Of a stretch of DNA of 64,000 bases, positions 9,360 to 21,832 are shown piece by piece. Source of the stretch: an uncultured Gemmatimonadales bacterium (lineage in GTDB: Bacteria; Gemmatimonadota; Gemmatimonadetes; Gemmatimonadales; Gemmatimonadaceae). Location of the stretch: assembly GCA_963793305.1 (NCBI GenBank), contig CAWBZV010000005.1, positions 352,001-416,000 on the forward strand, read 5' to 3'. The translations under genes were made by a program, and so were the position numbers. A model generated the notes under the pieces. It did not search any database, was not told where the DNA came from, and was given only the letters and a program-made list of their open reading frames with translations. The stretch's first letter is position 1. Every line of letters begins with the position of its first letter.

Positions 9360-10917
9360 AGCCCAGCCAGTCCGAGCAGGTGTGTGAGCCCGAACAGGGC
9401 GACGGCGATCAGGCCACCGAGCACGTAGCCGGTGCGAACAATCAGCCGCAGCTCACGATCAATGACGCCGCGGATCAGCTGCTCCAATCGGTCCTGATCG
9501 AAGTTGAGCACCTTGCGCTCGACCATCTCCTGCACGTGCAGTCGCTCGACGACGGCGGGAATCTGCGACTCGATCCAATTCCAGATCGCTGGCGACATGA
9601 TCCCCGCAAACCGCGCCGCCGCATCCGCGGGCAACCATCGCCCGAGCTTCCCAATCGGCCGCTCCAGTAGCCTGTTCACGGCCTGCTGCGCCGCATTGTG
9701 GATGATGTCAGACGCACGCGGCGAGGCCGCGGCGCGCACGACCCACTCGGCGATCATTTCGTCATTGACGAGGCCGAGGAGCTCCCCCCACGTCCGAGCC
9801 TGCACGCGCTCCAAGAGCCGCGTGACGCCATTGACCAGAAAGCGGCGGGTCCCCTCGGCGCGGAGCACGCGCAGGAGGTAATCACCAACCGCCCGCTCGA
9901 GCGCCGCCGCGCGCTCGCTGCCGGCGCCTCCGACGACGGCGGCCGCGGGTTGGTGCAGAAACCGCGTAATCGCCTCCTCGACCGATCGCGCGATTTCGTC
10001 CCGCACCGTCGGGTCATCGAGCAGCGTCGCCAGCTGCTCGACCCCATCGCGCTCGAGCGAGTCGATGACCTTGTCGAACGTCCGCTCGGTGACGATGAGC
10101 CGCGCGATGACCCGTTCGTGAAACTGCAGATCGCTCACGAACCGCTGAAACAGCTCATGGAGCGCCGTCCGGATGCGCTCCCGCGCGGCCGGATGCTGCA
10201 GCATCGTGCCCACGCCCGACACAGCCATTGGGAGATACGCGGCGACCGCCCCTTCGACGGTTCGCACGACCGCCGGCGGGACGCGCTCCATCACGGGCGC
10301 GTCCGATGCCAGCAATGTCCCCAGATGCTGCGCCAGCTGCCCGCGCACGAGCGCGTCGAGATCGGGCGACGCCGCGAACTCCTCGGCCCACACCGCCGTG
10401 CGTTCCGCGAGCTCGGCGCGCCGCTCGTCGGTCAACAGCTGGCTGACCGGCCGCTGGTCCAACTCGGCCCGCGCCCGCTCGATAAAGCGCCGCACTTGGC
10501 CGGCAAACGCCGGACTCGCGACATGGCCGGCAATGCGGTCAGCGATAGCGTCCGCCGCCTCGCTGAGCGTCGCTTCGACGTTGGGCCGGGACGATTCCGA
10601 GAGCATGTCGCGCAACGGCCCGCGCTCGGTCTCGAGCAAATCGTTCAGGAAGGCCGTCAGCCGCTCATCGAGTGCGTCTTGTAATCCCGACCGCTTGATC
10701 TCCTCGAGGAGATCGTGCGGGGTCAGCAAGCGTTCGCCAACGGTCTTGCCGACGCTTTTCGCCAGGCGCACTTGATTTTTGGGGATCGCGCCCTGAAACC
10801 CCAGAATCTTTCGTCGCGGCCGGAAGAGCATCCAGACCGCGACGGTGTCCGAGAACCCGCCCGCGATAGTCCCGATCGCGACCTGGACCGCGAACTGCAG
10901 CCAGGCATTCTGCGCCA

Positions 10918-10918
<1 letters not shown>
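9356..10918 (-). CDS. DUF445/UPF0754-family membrane protein
   Basis: N-terminal GGFSDTVAVWMLFRP...QGAIPK; C-terminal RELRLIVRTGYVLGGLI. Confidence 0.8.
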
Positions 10919-13377
<2,459 letters not shown>

Positions 13378-13413
13378 TGTCTCAAATCCTAACGGCGAAT
13401 ACGTTTAACGGCT

Positions 13414-14745
13414 ATGTTCGATGAGCTGAGCGAGAAACTCGAGGCCACTTTTGCCAAGCTCCGGGGCAAGGGCGTCCTCACCGAAGCCGATATCAAAGAT
13501 GGGATGCGCGAGGTCCGGCGCGTCCTGCTAGAGGCCGACGTCAACTTCGCGCTTACTCGGGAGTTTCTGGAGCGGGTCGAGAAGAAGGCCACTGGGGTCA
13601 CGGCCCTCAAAACGGTCTCCCCGGCCCAGCAACTCGTCAAGATAGTCCATGATGAACTGACGACTATGCTGGGAGAACGGCGCGAGGGCCTCCGGCTTTC
13701 GTCCGTTCCGCCGACCATCGTCCTCATGGTCGGCCTGCAAGGCTCTGGCAAAACTACGACCGCGGCCAAGCTCGCGCGCAAGCTCAAGGCGGAGGGCCGC
13801 GCCACCCGTCTGGTCGCCGCCGACGTATATCGTCCCGCCGCAATTGATCAACTCGAAACTCTCGGCCAGCAGATCGACGTTCCGGTCCACGCTGATCGGA
13901 CCACGCGCGACGTCGTGAAGATCGCCAAGCATGGCATCGAGGAGGCCAAGAAGGCGCGCGATAAGGTCGTCATCGTCGATACCGCTGGCCGCCTGCAGAT
14001 CGACGCCGACATGATGGATGAGCTGAAAAGGCTGAAGGACGCCGTCCGCCCCGACGAAATTCTGCTCGTCGCCGACGGGATGACCGGTCAGGACGCGGTT
14101 CGCATCGCCCAGGGATTCGACGGTGCGCTCGGCGTCACCGGTATCGTGCTCACCAAGATGGACGGCGATGCCCGCGGTGGCGCCGCGCTCTCCATCTACG
14201 GCGTCGTCAAGAAGCCGATCAAGTACATCGGCGTCGGCGAGAAAGCCGATGCGCTTGAGGACTTTTATCCCGAGCGAATGGCCAGTCGCATCCTCCAGAT
14301 GGGGGACGTGCTGACGCTGGTGGAGAAGGCGCAAGGAGCGTTTGATGAGGCCGAGGCGAAGAAGCTGGAGAGGAAGGTCCGGAAAGAAGGCATGGATCTC
14401 CAGGACTTCCTGACCGCCATGCGCCAGATCCAAAAGCTCGGACCTTTGGAGGGCATCCTCAAGATGCTGCCAGGGGTCAACACCAAGATGCTGCGCCAGG
14501 CGAACGTCGACCCGAAGCGCATGAAGCACCTCGAGGCCATCGTCCTTTCCATGACCGCCGAGGAGCGGCGCAATCCCACGATCTTGAACGGCTCTCGCCG
14601 GGCTCGCGTCGCAAAGGGTGCAGGGCGGCCTATCACCGAGGTCAACCGGCTCCTGGAGCAGTTCCGGGATATGCAGAAAATGATGAAAAAAGTCGGGCAA
14701 ATGGGTGGCGGCCGCATCCCGCCCGGCCTGTTCGGCACGCGCTAG
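13414..14745 (+). CDS. ffh: Signal recognition particle protein
   Basis: GLQGSGKTT, DTAGR, TKMDGDARGG, Met-rich M domain. Confidence 0.97.
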   Translation: MFDELSEKLEATFAKLRGKGVLTEADIKDGMREVRRVLLEADVNFALTREFLERVEKKATGVTALKTVSPAQQLVKIVHDELTTMLGERREGLRLSSVPPTIVLMVGLQGSGKTTTAAKLARKLKAEGRATRLVAADVYRPAAIDQLETLGQQIDVPVHADRTTRDVVKIAKHGIEEAKKARDKVVIVDTAGRLQIDADMMDELKRLKDAVRPDEILLVADGMTGQDAVRIAQGFDGALGVTGIVLTKMDGDARGGAALSIYGVVKKPIKYIGVGEKADALEDFYPERMASRILQMGDVLTLVEKAQGAFDEAEAKKLERKVRKEGMDLQDFLTAMRQIQKLGPLEGILKMLPGVNTKMLRQANVDPKRMKHLEAIVLSMTAEERRNPTILNGSRRARVAKGAGRPITEVNRLLEQFRDMQKMMKKVGQMGGGRIPPGLFGTR

Positions 14746-14935
14746 GAAGGGCTGCCGAGCTGGCGCCCGGCGCCCGATTATTTGAGCTCCGGGCCTCCGG
14801 CCCGGAGATGTCCCCAGGTGCCACGGTGTCGCTCCGCTCCTTAAGTTTGTAGGTCTGTACGACCGGGTGCGCCACGGATCCGCCGTGGTCGCGAGGAGCC
14901 CGGGGTTCCATAGTTGAGAAACAGGGAGCATTAGC

Positions 14936-15238
14936 ATGGTTCGCATTCGTCTCCGCCGAATCGGGCGGAAAAACGCCCCGGTCTACCGTATCGTGATCGC
15001 CGACAGCCAAAGCCCACGCGATGGCCGTTTCATCGAGATCATCGGCCAATACGCCCCACGCCAGGAAAATTCGCTGCAGGTGGATGCCGCCCGCGCGAAT
15101 CACTGGCTGGACGTCGGCGCCCAGCCGAGCGACACCGTGCGTTCGTTGCTCCGCCGCGCCGGCGTGCTCAAGGCGCGTCACGAAGTCCGACTCGGAAAAA
15201 CGCGGCAGGCCTCGGCCGTGCCGTTGTCCGAGGGGTAA
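14936..15238 (+). CDS. rpsP: 30S ribosomal protein S16
   Basis: [34 protein letters not shown]; conserved synteny. Confidence 0.97.
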   Translation: MVRIRLRRIGRKNAPVYRIVIADSQSPRDGRFIEIIGQYAPRQENSLQVDAARANHWLDVGAQPSDTVRSLLRRAGVLKARHEVRLGKTRQASAVPLSEG

Positions 15239-15747
15239 TGCCGCCCCAGCCCGAGCATGTGGTCGTCGGGCGAGTCCGCAAAGCACACGGAGTCCGAGGC
15301 GAGGTCGTCGTCGAAGCGCTGACCGACGACCCCGCCACTGTGTTCGCCACCGGCCGCCGCCTGCTGACTGAATCCCACGGCGACCTGCACATCCGCCGTT
15401 CGACGCCATTCAAGGGCGGGTGGATTCTCCGCCTCACCGAGATCACGTCGCGCACTGAGGCGGAGCTCTGGCGCGACCGGTATGTGCTCGCGCCAACGTC
15501 CGAGCTCAAGCCGCTGGCCGAGAACGAGATCTACTATCACGATCTCGTCGGCCTCCACGTGCAGCTCGTGGGCGGCGAACCCGTCGGTCGCGTCGAGGCG
15601 CTATTCGAGGTCCCGCAGGGTCTCATGCTCGACGTGCGCACCGAGCGCGGCACCGTGATGGTGCCCTATCGCCCGGAGGTCGTCACGTCCGTGGATATCG
15701 CGCAGGGGACCATCGTGATCGACCCGCCAGCGGGACTCCTCGACTGA
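15238..15747 (+). CDS. rimM: Ribosome maturation factor RimM
   Basis: VGRVRKAHGVRGEV, EIYYHDLVG, PRC barrel; synteny. Confidence 0.94.
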   Translation: MPPQPEHVVVGRVRKAHGVRGEVVVEALTDDPATVFATGRRLLTESHGDLHIRRSTPFKGGWILRLTEITSRTEAELWRDRYVLAPTSELKPLAENEIYYHDLVGLHVQLVGGEPVGRVEALFEVPQGLMLDVRTERGTVMVPYRPEVVTSVDIAQGTIVIDPPAGLLD

Positions 15748-16421
15748 TGCTCACGATCACCGTCGTGACGATCTTCCCGGAGTTCTTCACGACCCCGCTC
15801 GCCTTGAGCATCCCGTCGCGCGCCGCCGCCGCGGGCGCCGTCGCGTATCGCGTCATCGATTTGCGTGACTACACGCACGATCGCCACCGCAGTGTCGACG
15901 ATTACGCCTACGGTGGCGGTGCGGGGATGGTGATGCGCCCCGAGCCGTTCTTCGAAGCAGTGGATGCGCTCCAGTCCCAACCGCCCATCGTGCTGCTGTC
16001 AGCGCGTGGCGCACCATTCACGCAGTCGGACGCAGCCCGCTACGCGAGCGGCTCCGAGCTGACGCTGCTGTGCGGTCACTACAAGGACGTTGACCAACGC
16101 GTCGCCGACCACCTCGCGACCGAGGAACGCTCGCTCGGCGATTTCGTGTTGAGCGGCGGCGAGCCGGCCGCGCTCGTCGTGATCGACGCCATCGTACGCC
16201 TGCTCCCGGGCGCGATGTCCGACCCGGAGAGCGCCCGCACGGACTCCCATTACAACGGTCCAATGATCAGTGCCCCGAGTTACACCCGCCCGCCCGAGTA
16301 TCGCGGCTATAAGGTGCCCGACGTGCTGCTTTCGGGAGACCACCGACGAATCGCCGAGTGGCGCGCCGCCCAGAGCGCTCGTCTGACGGGCACGCGCTCT
16401 GGCGTAAACGATCGTGAATAG
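15747..16421 (+). CDS. trmD: tRNA (guanine-37-N1) methyltransferase
   Basis: DDYAYGGGAGMVM, CGHYKDVDQR, GDFVLSGGE, YTRPPEYRG. Confidence 0.95.
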   Translation: MLTITVVTIFPEFFTTPLALSIPSRAAAAGAVAYRVIDLRDYTHDRHRSVDDYAYGGGAGMVMRPEPFFEAVDALQSQPPIVLLSARGAPFTQSDAARYASGSELTLLCGHYKDVDQRVADHLATEERSLGDFVLSGGEPAALVVIDAIVRLLPGAMSDPESARTDSHYNGPMISAPSYTRPPEYRGYKVPDVLLSGDHRRIAEWRAAQSARLTGTRSGVNDRE

Positions 16422-16437
16422 CTAAGTTAGAGGTCTT

Positions 16438-16815
16438 ATGCACGAATTCAGCGAAACTCAAAAGGAATGGCTGCGGCAAGATCTCCCGGCATTTCGCGCC
16501 GGCGATACTTTGCGCGTCAACGTCCGCGTACGTGAAGGCGATAAGGAGCGGTTGCAAGCGTTCGAGGGTGTCTGCATTGCGCGCCGTGGCAATGGTATCA
16601 GCGCCACGTTCACCGTGCGCAAGATCTCGAACGGAGTCGGCGTCGAGCGCATCTTCCCGCTGCACAGCCCCATGATCGCGGAGATCACGGTAGTTCGCCG
16701 CGGTCGCGTCCGCCGCGCGAAGCTGTACTATCTGCGCCATCTCACCGGTAAGGCCACGCGCATCCGCGAGAAGAAGGTCAAGGTCGCGGTGCCAACGACG
16801 ACGACCGCGGAGTAA
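16438..16815 (+). CDS. rplS: 50S ribosomal protein L19
   Basis: FRAGDTLRV...[11 protein letters not shown]...GVERIFP...RRAKLYYLR. Confidence 0.97.
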   Translation: MHEFSETQKEWLRQDLPAFRAGDTLRVNVRVREGDKERLQAFEGVCIARRGNGISATFTVRKISNGVGVERIFPLHSPMIAEITVVRRGRVRRAKLYYLRHLTGKATRIREKKVKVAVPTTTTAE

Positions 16816-16824
16816 TCCGACAGC

Positions 16825-17499
16825 ATGGGGCGGCGCTGGAGCCCCATTGAGCGCGAACTGCGGCAGGAGTACGGGCCGTTGCTCGCGGGAGTCGACGAGG
16901 TTGGACGGGGCCCTCTCGCGGGTCCCGTTGTCGCTTGTGCCGCCGTGATGCCCGCTGACAAGGCCGCCATTCGCGGGGTCAACGACTCGAAGCAGCTCAC
17001 GCGCGCCGATCGCGAGCGCTTCGCGGGCCGCATTCGCGACCAAGCCGTCGGTCTCGCCCTTGGCGCCGCGTCCGTCCGCGAGATCGAGCGTGTGAACATC
17101 TACCACGCGACGGTGCTCGCGATGCGCCGCGCGCTGACGCGGCTCGCTGCTACCGGCGTCACGCCGAACTACGTCGTCGTCGACGGCAAACCAGTGCGTT
17201 CACTCGGCATCCCTCACCGCGCCGTCGTCCACGGAGACGCGCGCTGTTACAGCGTTGCCTGCGCATCGATCATCGCCAAGGTGACGCGCGATGCCCTCAT
17301 GCGCCGCCTCGCCGCGCGTCATCCCTGCTACGGCTGGGACCGAAACGTCGGATACGGCACGCGGTTTCACTGGACCAGCCTCAAGGAGCACGGGCTCTCC
17401 CTGCATCATCGGCGGGCGTTCTGCGAGGATGATCAGCTGGAGCTGGAGCTCACGCTCGAGGTGATCACCGACGACGTCGCCGAGGCACTCGTCGAATGA
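16825..17499 (+). CDS. rnhB: Ribonuclease HII
   Basis: AGVDEVGRGPLAGPV, NDSKQL, ASIIAKVTRD, GYGT. Confidence 0.95.
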   Translation: MGRRWSPIERELRQEYGPLLAGVDEVGRGPLAGPVVACAAVMPADKAAIRGVNDSKQLTRADRERFAGRIRDQAVGLALGAASVREIERVNIYHATVLAMRRALTRLAATGVTPNYVVVDGKPVRSLGIPHRAVVHGDARCYSVACASIIAKVTRDALMRRLAARHPCYGWDRNVGYGTRFHWTSLKEHGLSLHHRRAFCEDDQLELELTLEVITDDVAEALVE

Positions 17500-18377
17500 G
17501 CGAGACGGAGTCGAGCTCTGGTGAACAGACCAGTCGAGCAGCGCTTGCGCTGCATCGACGCGCGGCGGAGCCGCGCTCGATATTTCGCGATGATGTATTG
17601 AAAGGCCAAGTCGCGCTGATCACCGGTGGCGCGACGGGTATTGGCTTTGGGATCGCCGAGATACTGGTCGACCTCGGCGCCCGCGTCGTACTGGCGAGCC
17701 GCAAACCGGAGCGTCTCACCTCCGCGGTCGACCGCCTCGGCCCAAACGCGAGCGCCGAACAGCTCGACGTTCGCGATGCGGAGGCGGTGAAGGCCGTCGT
17801 GAGCCGCGTAGCGGCCACGCACGGCCGAATCGATCTCCTGGTCAACAACGCCGCTGGCAATTTCTACGCACCATCAGAGTCCTTGAGCCCGAACGCCTGG
17901 CGCTCCGTCGTCGAGATCGATCTCTTCGGCACGTTTTTCTGCTCGCAGGCCGTCGCGCCAATCATGCGCGCCGCCGGCGGCGGTCGCATCGTAAATATCT
18001 CGATGACGCTGCACTACCGCGGCTGGCCGCAAATGGCGCATGCCACTGCTGCCAAGGCAGGAGTGGACGCGCTGACGCGGACGCTGGCCGTGGAATGGGC
18101 GCCCGCGAAGATACGGGTGAATGCGATAGCGCCCGGGCCCATCCCGACCGAGGGCGTGCGCAAAGCGTTCACGCAGCCCGCTGGCGGGCCGGCCGTCGAG
18201 ACCGTGATGGATGAGCACGCCCGCCGCAATATCCCCCTCGGCCGCTGGGGCACACCGGCCGATATCGGCAACATGGTCGCGTACTTGGCGTCACCGGCCG
18301 GCGATTGGATCACCGGCTCGATTCTTGTTGTCGATGGTGGCGAGTGGCTATCCAAGCCAGAAGCCAAGCCCATCTAA
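17496..18377 (+). CDS. SDR oxidoreductase (2,4-dienoyl-CoA reductase-like) with a repeat-derived N-terminal extension
   Basis: TGGATGIG, NNAAGNF, LSPNAW, AAKAGVDAL, NAIAPGPI. Confidence 0.85.
   Translation: MSETESSSGEQTSRAALALHRRAAEPRSIFRDDVLKGQVALITGGATGIGFGIAEILVDLGARVVLASRKPERLTSAVDRLGPNASAEQLDVRDAEAVKAVVSRVAATHGRIDLLVNNAAGNFYAPSESLSPNAWRSVVEIDLFGTFFCSQAVAPIMRAAGGGRIVNISMTLHYRGWPQMAHATAAKAGVDALTRTLAVEWAPAKIRVNAIAPGPIPTEGVRKAFTQPAGGPAVETVMDEHARRNIPLGRWGTPADIGNMVAYLASPAGDWITGSILVVDGGEWLSKPEAKPI
17501..17576 (+). repeat. Palindromic repeat copy C, in frame at the SDR 5' end
   Basis: Core 17528-17576 differs from copy A at one base; translates as ...TSRAALALHRRAAEPR. Confidence 0.9.
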
Positions 18378-18471
18378 CTGTGATGTGGGTCACAAAGTTA
18401 CGCGGGTTGACACGCCGGTACATTTCTCGCATCAAAAATCAGAAAGAACTCACTCTGGGGGGAGTGCGCAT

Positions 18472-19119
18472 ATGGGAATGTCGTCCAAGAAGGTTGCTGC
18501 GATCGCGTTAGTCGTGCCCGTTCTCGGTGCGTGCGTGCATCCGGGACAGTACAAAAAGGATCTCGCCGAAACGCGGTCCGAGATCGCGCAGGAGAAGAGC
18601 GAGCGCATGTCAGCCGACAGCGCGCTCAAGGGTGATATCGCGTCCGTCCAGGGCGACGTGACGAGTCTCCGTGGTGATCTGGCGAACCTGCGCCAGGAGT
18701 ACGGCGCGAAGATCAGCGCCCTCGAATCCGGCATGCAGTTCGACATGCCCGTGAACTTCGCGTTCGATGACGCAACCGTTCGCGATCAGGACAAGGCCGC
18801 GCTCGACCGGTTCGCCGCGGTTGTGCAGAAGTACTACGGTGGCTCGAAGGTCACGATCGAAGGGTTCGCTGATCCGGCCGGCTCGCAGCATTACAACCTG
18901 GCGCTCTCGCAGCGTCGTGCCGATGCCGTTCGCGACTATCTATCGTCCAAGGGCATCGATCTCTCGATCATCAAGACGGTCGGCTACGGCAAGACCCGTT
19001 TGGTGAACCCGGGCGCCCAGCGTGACGATACGGGTGCTGAGGAGAACCGCCGCGTCACGTTCGTCATTGAGACGAAGGGGCAGGCGACGGACACCAAGAC
19101 GACCGCCAGCATCAACTAA
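18472..19119 (+). CDS. OmpA-family peptidoglycan-binding lipoprotein with a coiled coil
   Basis: Lipobox LGAC; VNFAFDD...IEGFAD...YNLALSQRRADAV...NRRV. Confidence 0.88.
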   Translation: MGMSSKKVAAIALVVPVLGACVHPGQYKKDLAETRSEIAQEKSERMSADSALKGDIASVQGDVTSLRGDLANLRQEYGAKISALESGMQFDMPVNFAFDDATVRDQDKAALDRFAAVVQKYYGGSKVTIEGFADPAGSQHYNLALSQRRADAVRDYLSSKGIDLSIIKTVGYGKTRLVNPGAQRDDTGAEENRRVTFVIETKGQATDTKTTASIN

Positions 19120-20327
19120 GGCTGGCGATCACTTCCTGCGCGGCGCGCCGCCCACTGGCGAGCGCGCCGTGCACGGTGCCTGACCGACCAGTACTGTCGG
19201 TCGCTTCACCCGCAAAGAACAACGTCTTTTCTCGAGGCCGCGCGAATCGTTGCGCGGCCTCGAGTCCATCGAGCTCGCCGTAGCTGTACGCGCCCCGCGC
19301 GAACGGATCGGTCGCCCAATCGTGCGACCAATGCCCGATCACGAGTCCCTCGATCTCGGCTCGCGGTCTCCCGAGATGCCGCGCAAGACTCTCCAGCGCG
19401 CGGTCGGCCACATCGCACCCCACGAGTGCATCAGCCGGAGGCCCGCCAGTCCACCCGGTCAAGAGCGGCACCCACAACGGATGCGCGCTCCACCACACGG
19501 GAAACACGGCGGTCTTCCCAAACAGAAACGACATCGCCGGCTCCCAGAATATCTCCTTGAACCGAAACACCACGCGCACCGCGTGCCCACTCGCCAGGCC
19601 CGTTATCGGCTGGAGCCCAGGCTCGAACACAACGCCGCCCGCGAGCAGCACGCCGAGTGGCACGGTGCACACGACCGCGCGACCAGTGATCTCTCTATCT
19701 GCCGCGCGCACGGCGACATGGTCCTTCCGCCATGTGATGCGCTCGACGATCGTCGATAACTGAATGGAGTCACGCGGCAGCCGGCTCGCGAGATACCGGG
19801 GTACGGCATCGTAACCGTTCACGAACCGAAACTGGCGATCCGAGTGATCCGCGGCCGATGCGGCTTCACTCGCGGCCAGCCATCGTTCGCCGACACGCGT
19901 GGGCTCCGCGGCGTCATACCCCTGCACATACCCGGTCGCCGCCGCGCGCTCGTCGGCCGTCAGGTTGAGCGAGTCTAAGAACGCCGCGAACGTCCGGTCA
20001 GGCGTCCGATTCGCATCGAGAGAGTGCAGCACCTTGCCGAGGCTCTCGAAGAACGAGCCGTCGCGATCGGAGAACGTCCACTTGCTCGCCGACCATCTCC
20101 GCGAGCAGGAGTCCGGCAGCCGACGCGATCTCCAACGTCGGCTGCACCATCCCATGGACGAACTCGGCGCCGAGCTCGATCGGCGCCTCGAATCCCGGCT
20201 CGTGATGCGTGTGCACGCGCCCACCGATCCGGTCGCGCGCTTCCAGCACCAGCGTTTCGACGCCGGCGTCGGCGAGCATCGCGGCAGCCGCGAGCCCGGC
20301 CACGCCGGCGCCGATCACAATGACCAT
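19112..20327 (-). pseudogene. Flavin monoamine oxidase family protein, frameshifted near 20082 (probably a sequencing indel)
   Basis: GAGVAGL...EARDRIGGR...ELGAEFVHG and W..DPFARGAYS...FFAGEAT...TVHGALASG are in different frames. CAAG to CAG restores the frame. Confidence 0.82.
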
Positions 20328-20336
20328 GCTCGAAAG

Positions 20337-21812
20337 TTACTTCCGCCGCTGCGCGCTCCCCACCAGACGTTCGAAGCTGCGGGCCACGTAGGGGTTTGCC
20401 CCCAGGAACCCGAGCGCGACCGCTCCCGGCTCCCGCCCGTACACCATTGGCGCGCCCGCCAAGTAGAAGCTCGTGGGGGCCACGCGCGTCAGGAACGCTT
20501 CGGTGCCCGGTCCGGTCGCGAAGAAGTTCGAGATGAGACCGAGTGCATCACCCGCAACCGCCGTCGGCTCGTCTTCTGCTTCTTCCTCCTCCGCGTCGGG
20601 AGCGAGTGACATCTCGTCTACGACCACGCTCACGGCGACTTCGTGCTCGATCGGTTCGTGGTGCTCGTGATGTTCATGATGTTCATGATGTTCATGATGC
20701 TGATGCTCGTCGTGCCAACCGTGCTCCTCGGGCGCACTCGCCCACACCTCGGGCTCAGGCTCGGGCGCGGGTGCCGGTGGCGGTGGCTCGATGACCGGCT
20801 CGGCCGCAACCGGAGTCTCAGCATGCGCAACCTCAACGTCGACAGAACCGCCACAGAGCGCCGCGGCAAACCCATCCTCGTCGTTGCCGCCCAGCAGGAT
20901 GCCGATCGACAATCCCGCCTCGGGCGCGCCGGGAATGACCGCCCCGACGATCTCGTTGGCAACGTCCTGGTCCGCCTTGCCACCGACCGCTCCAGCACTC
21001 CCGCTGGCCGCGAGGCCGACGATGGCGCCGGCGTTGACGAGCGCGTCGCGGCACGTCACGCGCGCGTCGTTCTCCGTCTCATCGTCGCCGGCGCCAGACC
21101 GCCAGCCCGCGCCCAGCGCCGCGATGCCGGAACCGAGCTCGGCGCCGCGCGACAGGATGCCACCGTTGCCGTTCTTAATGGCGAGCCCCGCCATCTGATG
21201 CTGCGACAAGATGGTGAACGTGGTGGTAGCGACGTTGTAGAAGAGCGTGAACCCGAGGTCTCCGCCGGTGACCCGCGGCGGCCCGTACGCGGTCCACGCG
21301 CCGAGTCCGACTTTATAGAGCGCCGTATGCCCGTGAAACGCCGCCGAGTGCATCAGGGTGAGATACAGCGACTCCACGCCGTCGATCGTGCGGCTGAACG
21401 CGATGTGCGACAGCATCGTCCGAAAGAGCGCGGCGTGCAGATCGGGGTGCGACGCCACGATCTGTCCGAGCGCCGCCGCGAGCGCGCTCCGATACTCGGC
21501 GACCGTGCCGGCGCTGTGCAGGCGCTGCAGCCGCGCCCACCCGATCGGCGCGGGATAGAACCACATGATGCGCCGCGAGAACTGCACGACGCCACTCGGC
21601 GTGTTGAACTCGTACGACGGCCGCACCGACTCGCGCGATGCCGCCGCGGTCGTTGCGTCGCGCGCCGCTCGCACGGCCGTCAACACTTCGCGTTTCGCAG
21701 GGGCGGGTAAAGTATCTTCTCGGACCAGCCGCTCGACTTCGGCCAACAAGCTCGACACCCGCTCCTGCGCGTGTTGCATGACGGCGTTCTCCGTTATTGG
21801 GGACGCCGACAA
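20337..21812 (-). CDS. Hypothetical protein with Pro-rich, His/Glu-rich and acidic segments (start may be 21779)
   Basis: Long ORF filling the gap between flanking genes; contains HHEHHEHHEHHE and EEEEAEDE tracts. No family recognised. Confidence 0.6.
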   Translation of the reverse strand: MSASPITENAVMQHAQERVSSLLAEVERLVREDTLPAPAKREVLTAVRAARDATTAAASRESVRPSYEFNTPSGVVQFSRRIMWFYPAPIGWARLQRLHSAGTVAEYRSALAAALGQIVASHPDLHAALFRTMLSHIAFSRTIDGVESLYLTLMHSAAFHGHTALYKVGLGAWTAYGPPRVTGGDLGFTLFYNVATTTFTILSQHQMAGLAIKNGNGGILSRGAELGSGIAALGAGWRSGAGDDETENDARVTCRDALVNAGAIVGLAASGSAGAVGGKADQDVANEIVGAVIPGAPEAGLSIGILLGGNDEDGFAAALCGGSVDVEVAHAETPVAAEPVIEPPPPAPAPEPEPEVWASAPEEHGWHDEHQHHEHHEHHEHHEHHEPIEHEVAVSVVVDEMSLAPDAEEEEAEDEPTAVAGDALGLISNFFATGPGTEAFLTRVAPTSFYLAGAPMVYGREPGAVALGFLGANPYVARSFERLVGSAQRRK

Positions 21813-21832
21813 GAGTAACGATCAGGGATCGG

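Noticed and set aside
14746..14935. Structured RNA (ribosomal leader or SRP RNA) between ffh and rpsP
   Set aside because: GC-rich hairpins are present, but no SRP GGAA-loop domain or known leader motif was recognised; a covariance search would be needed.
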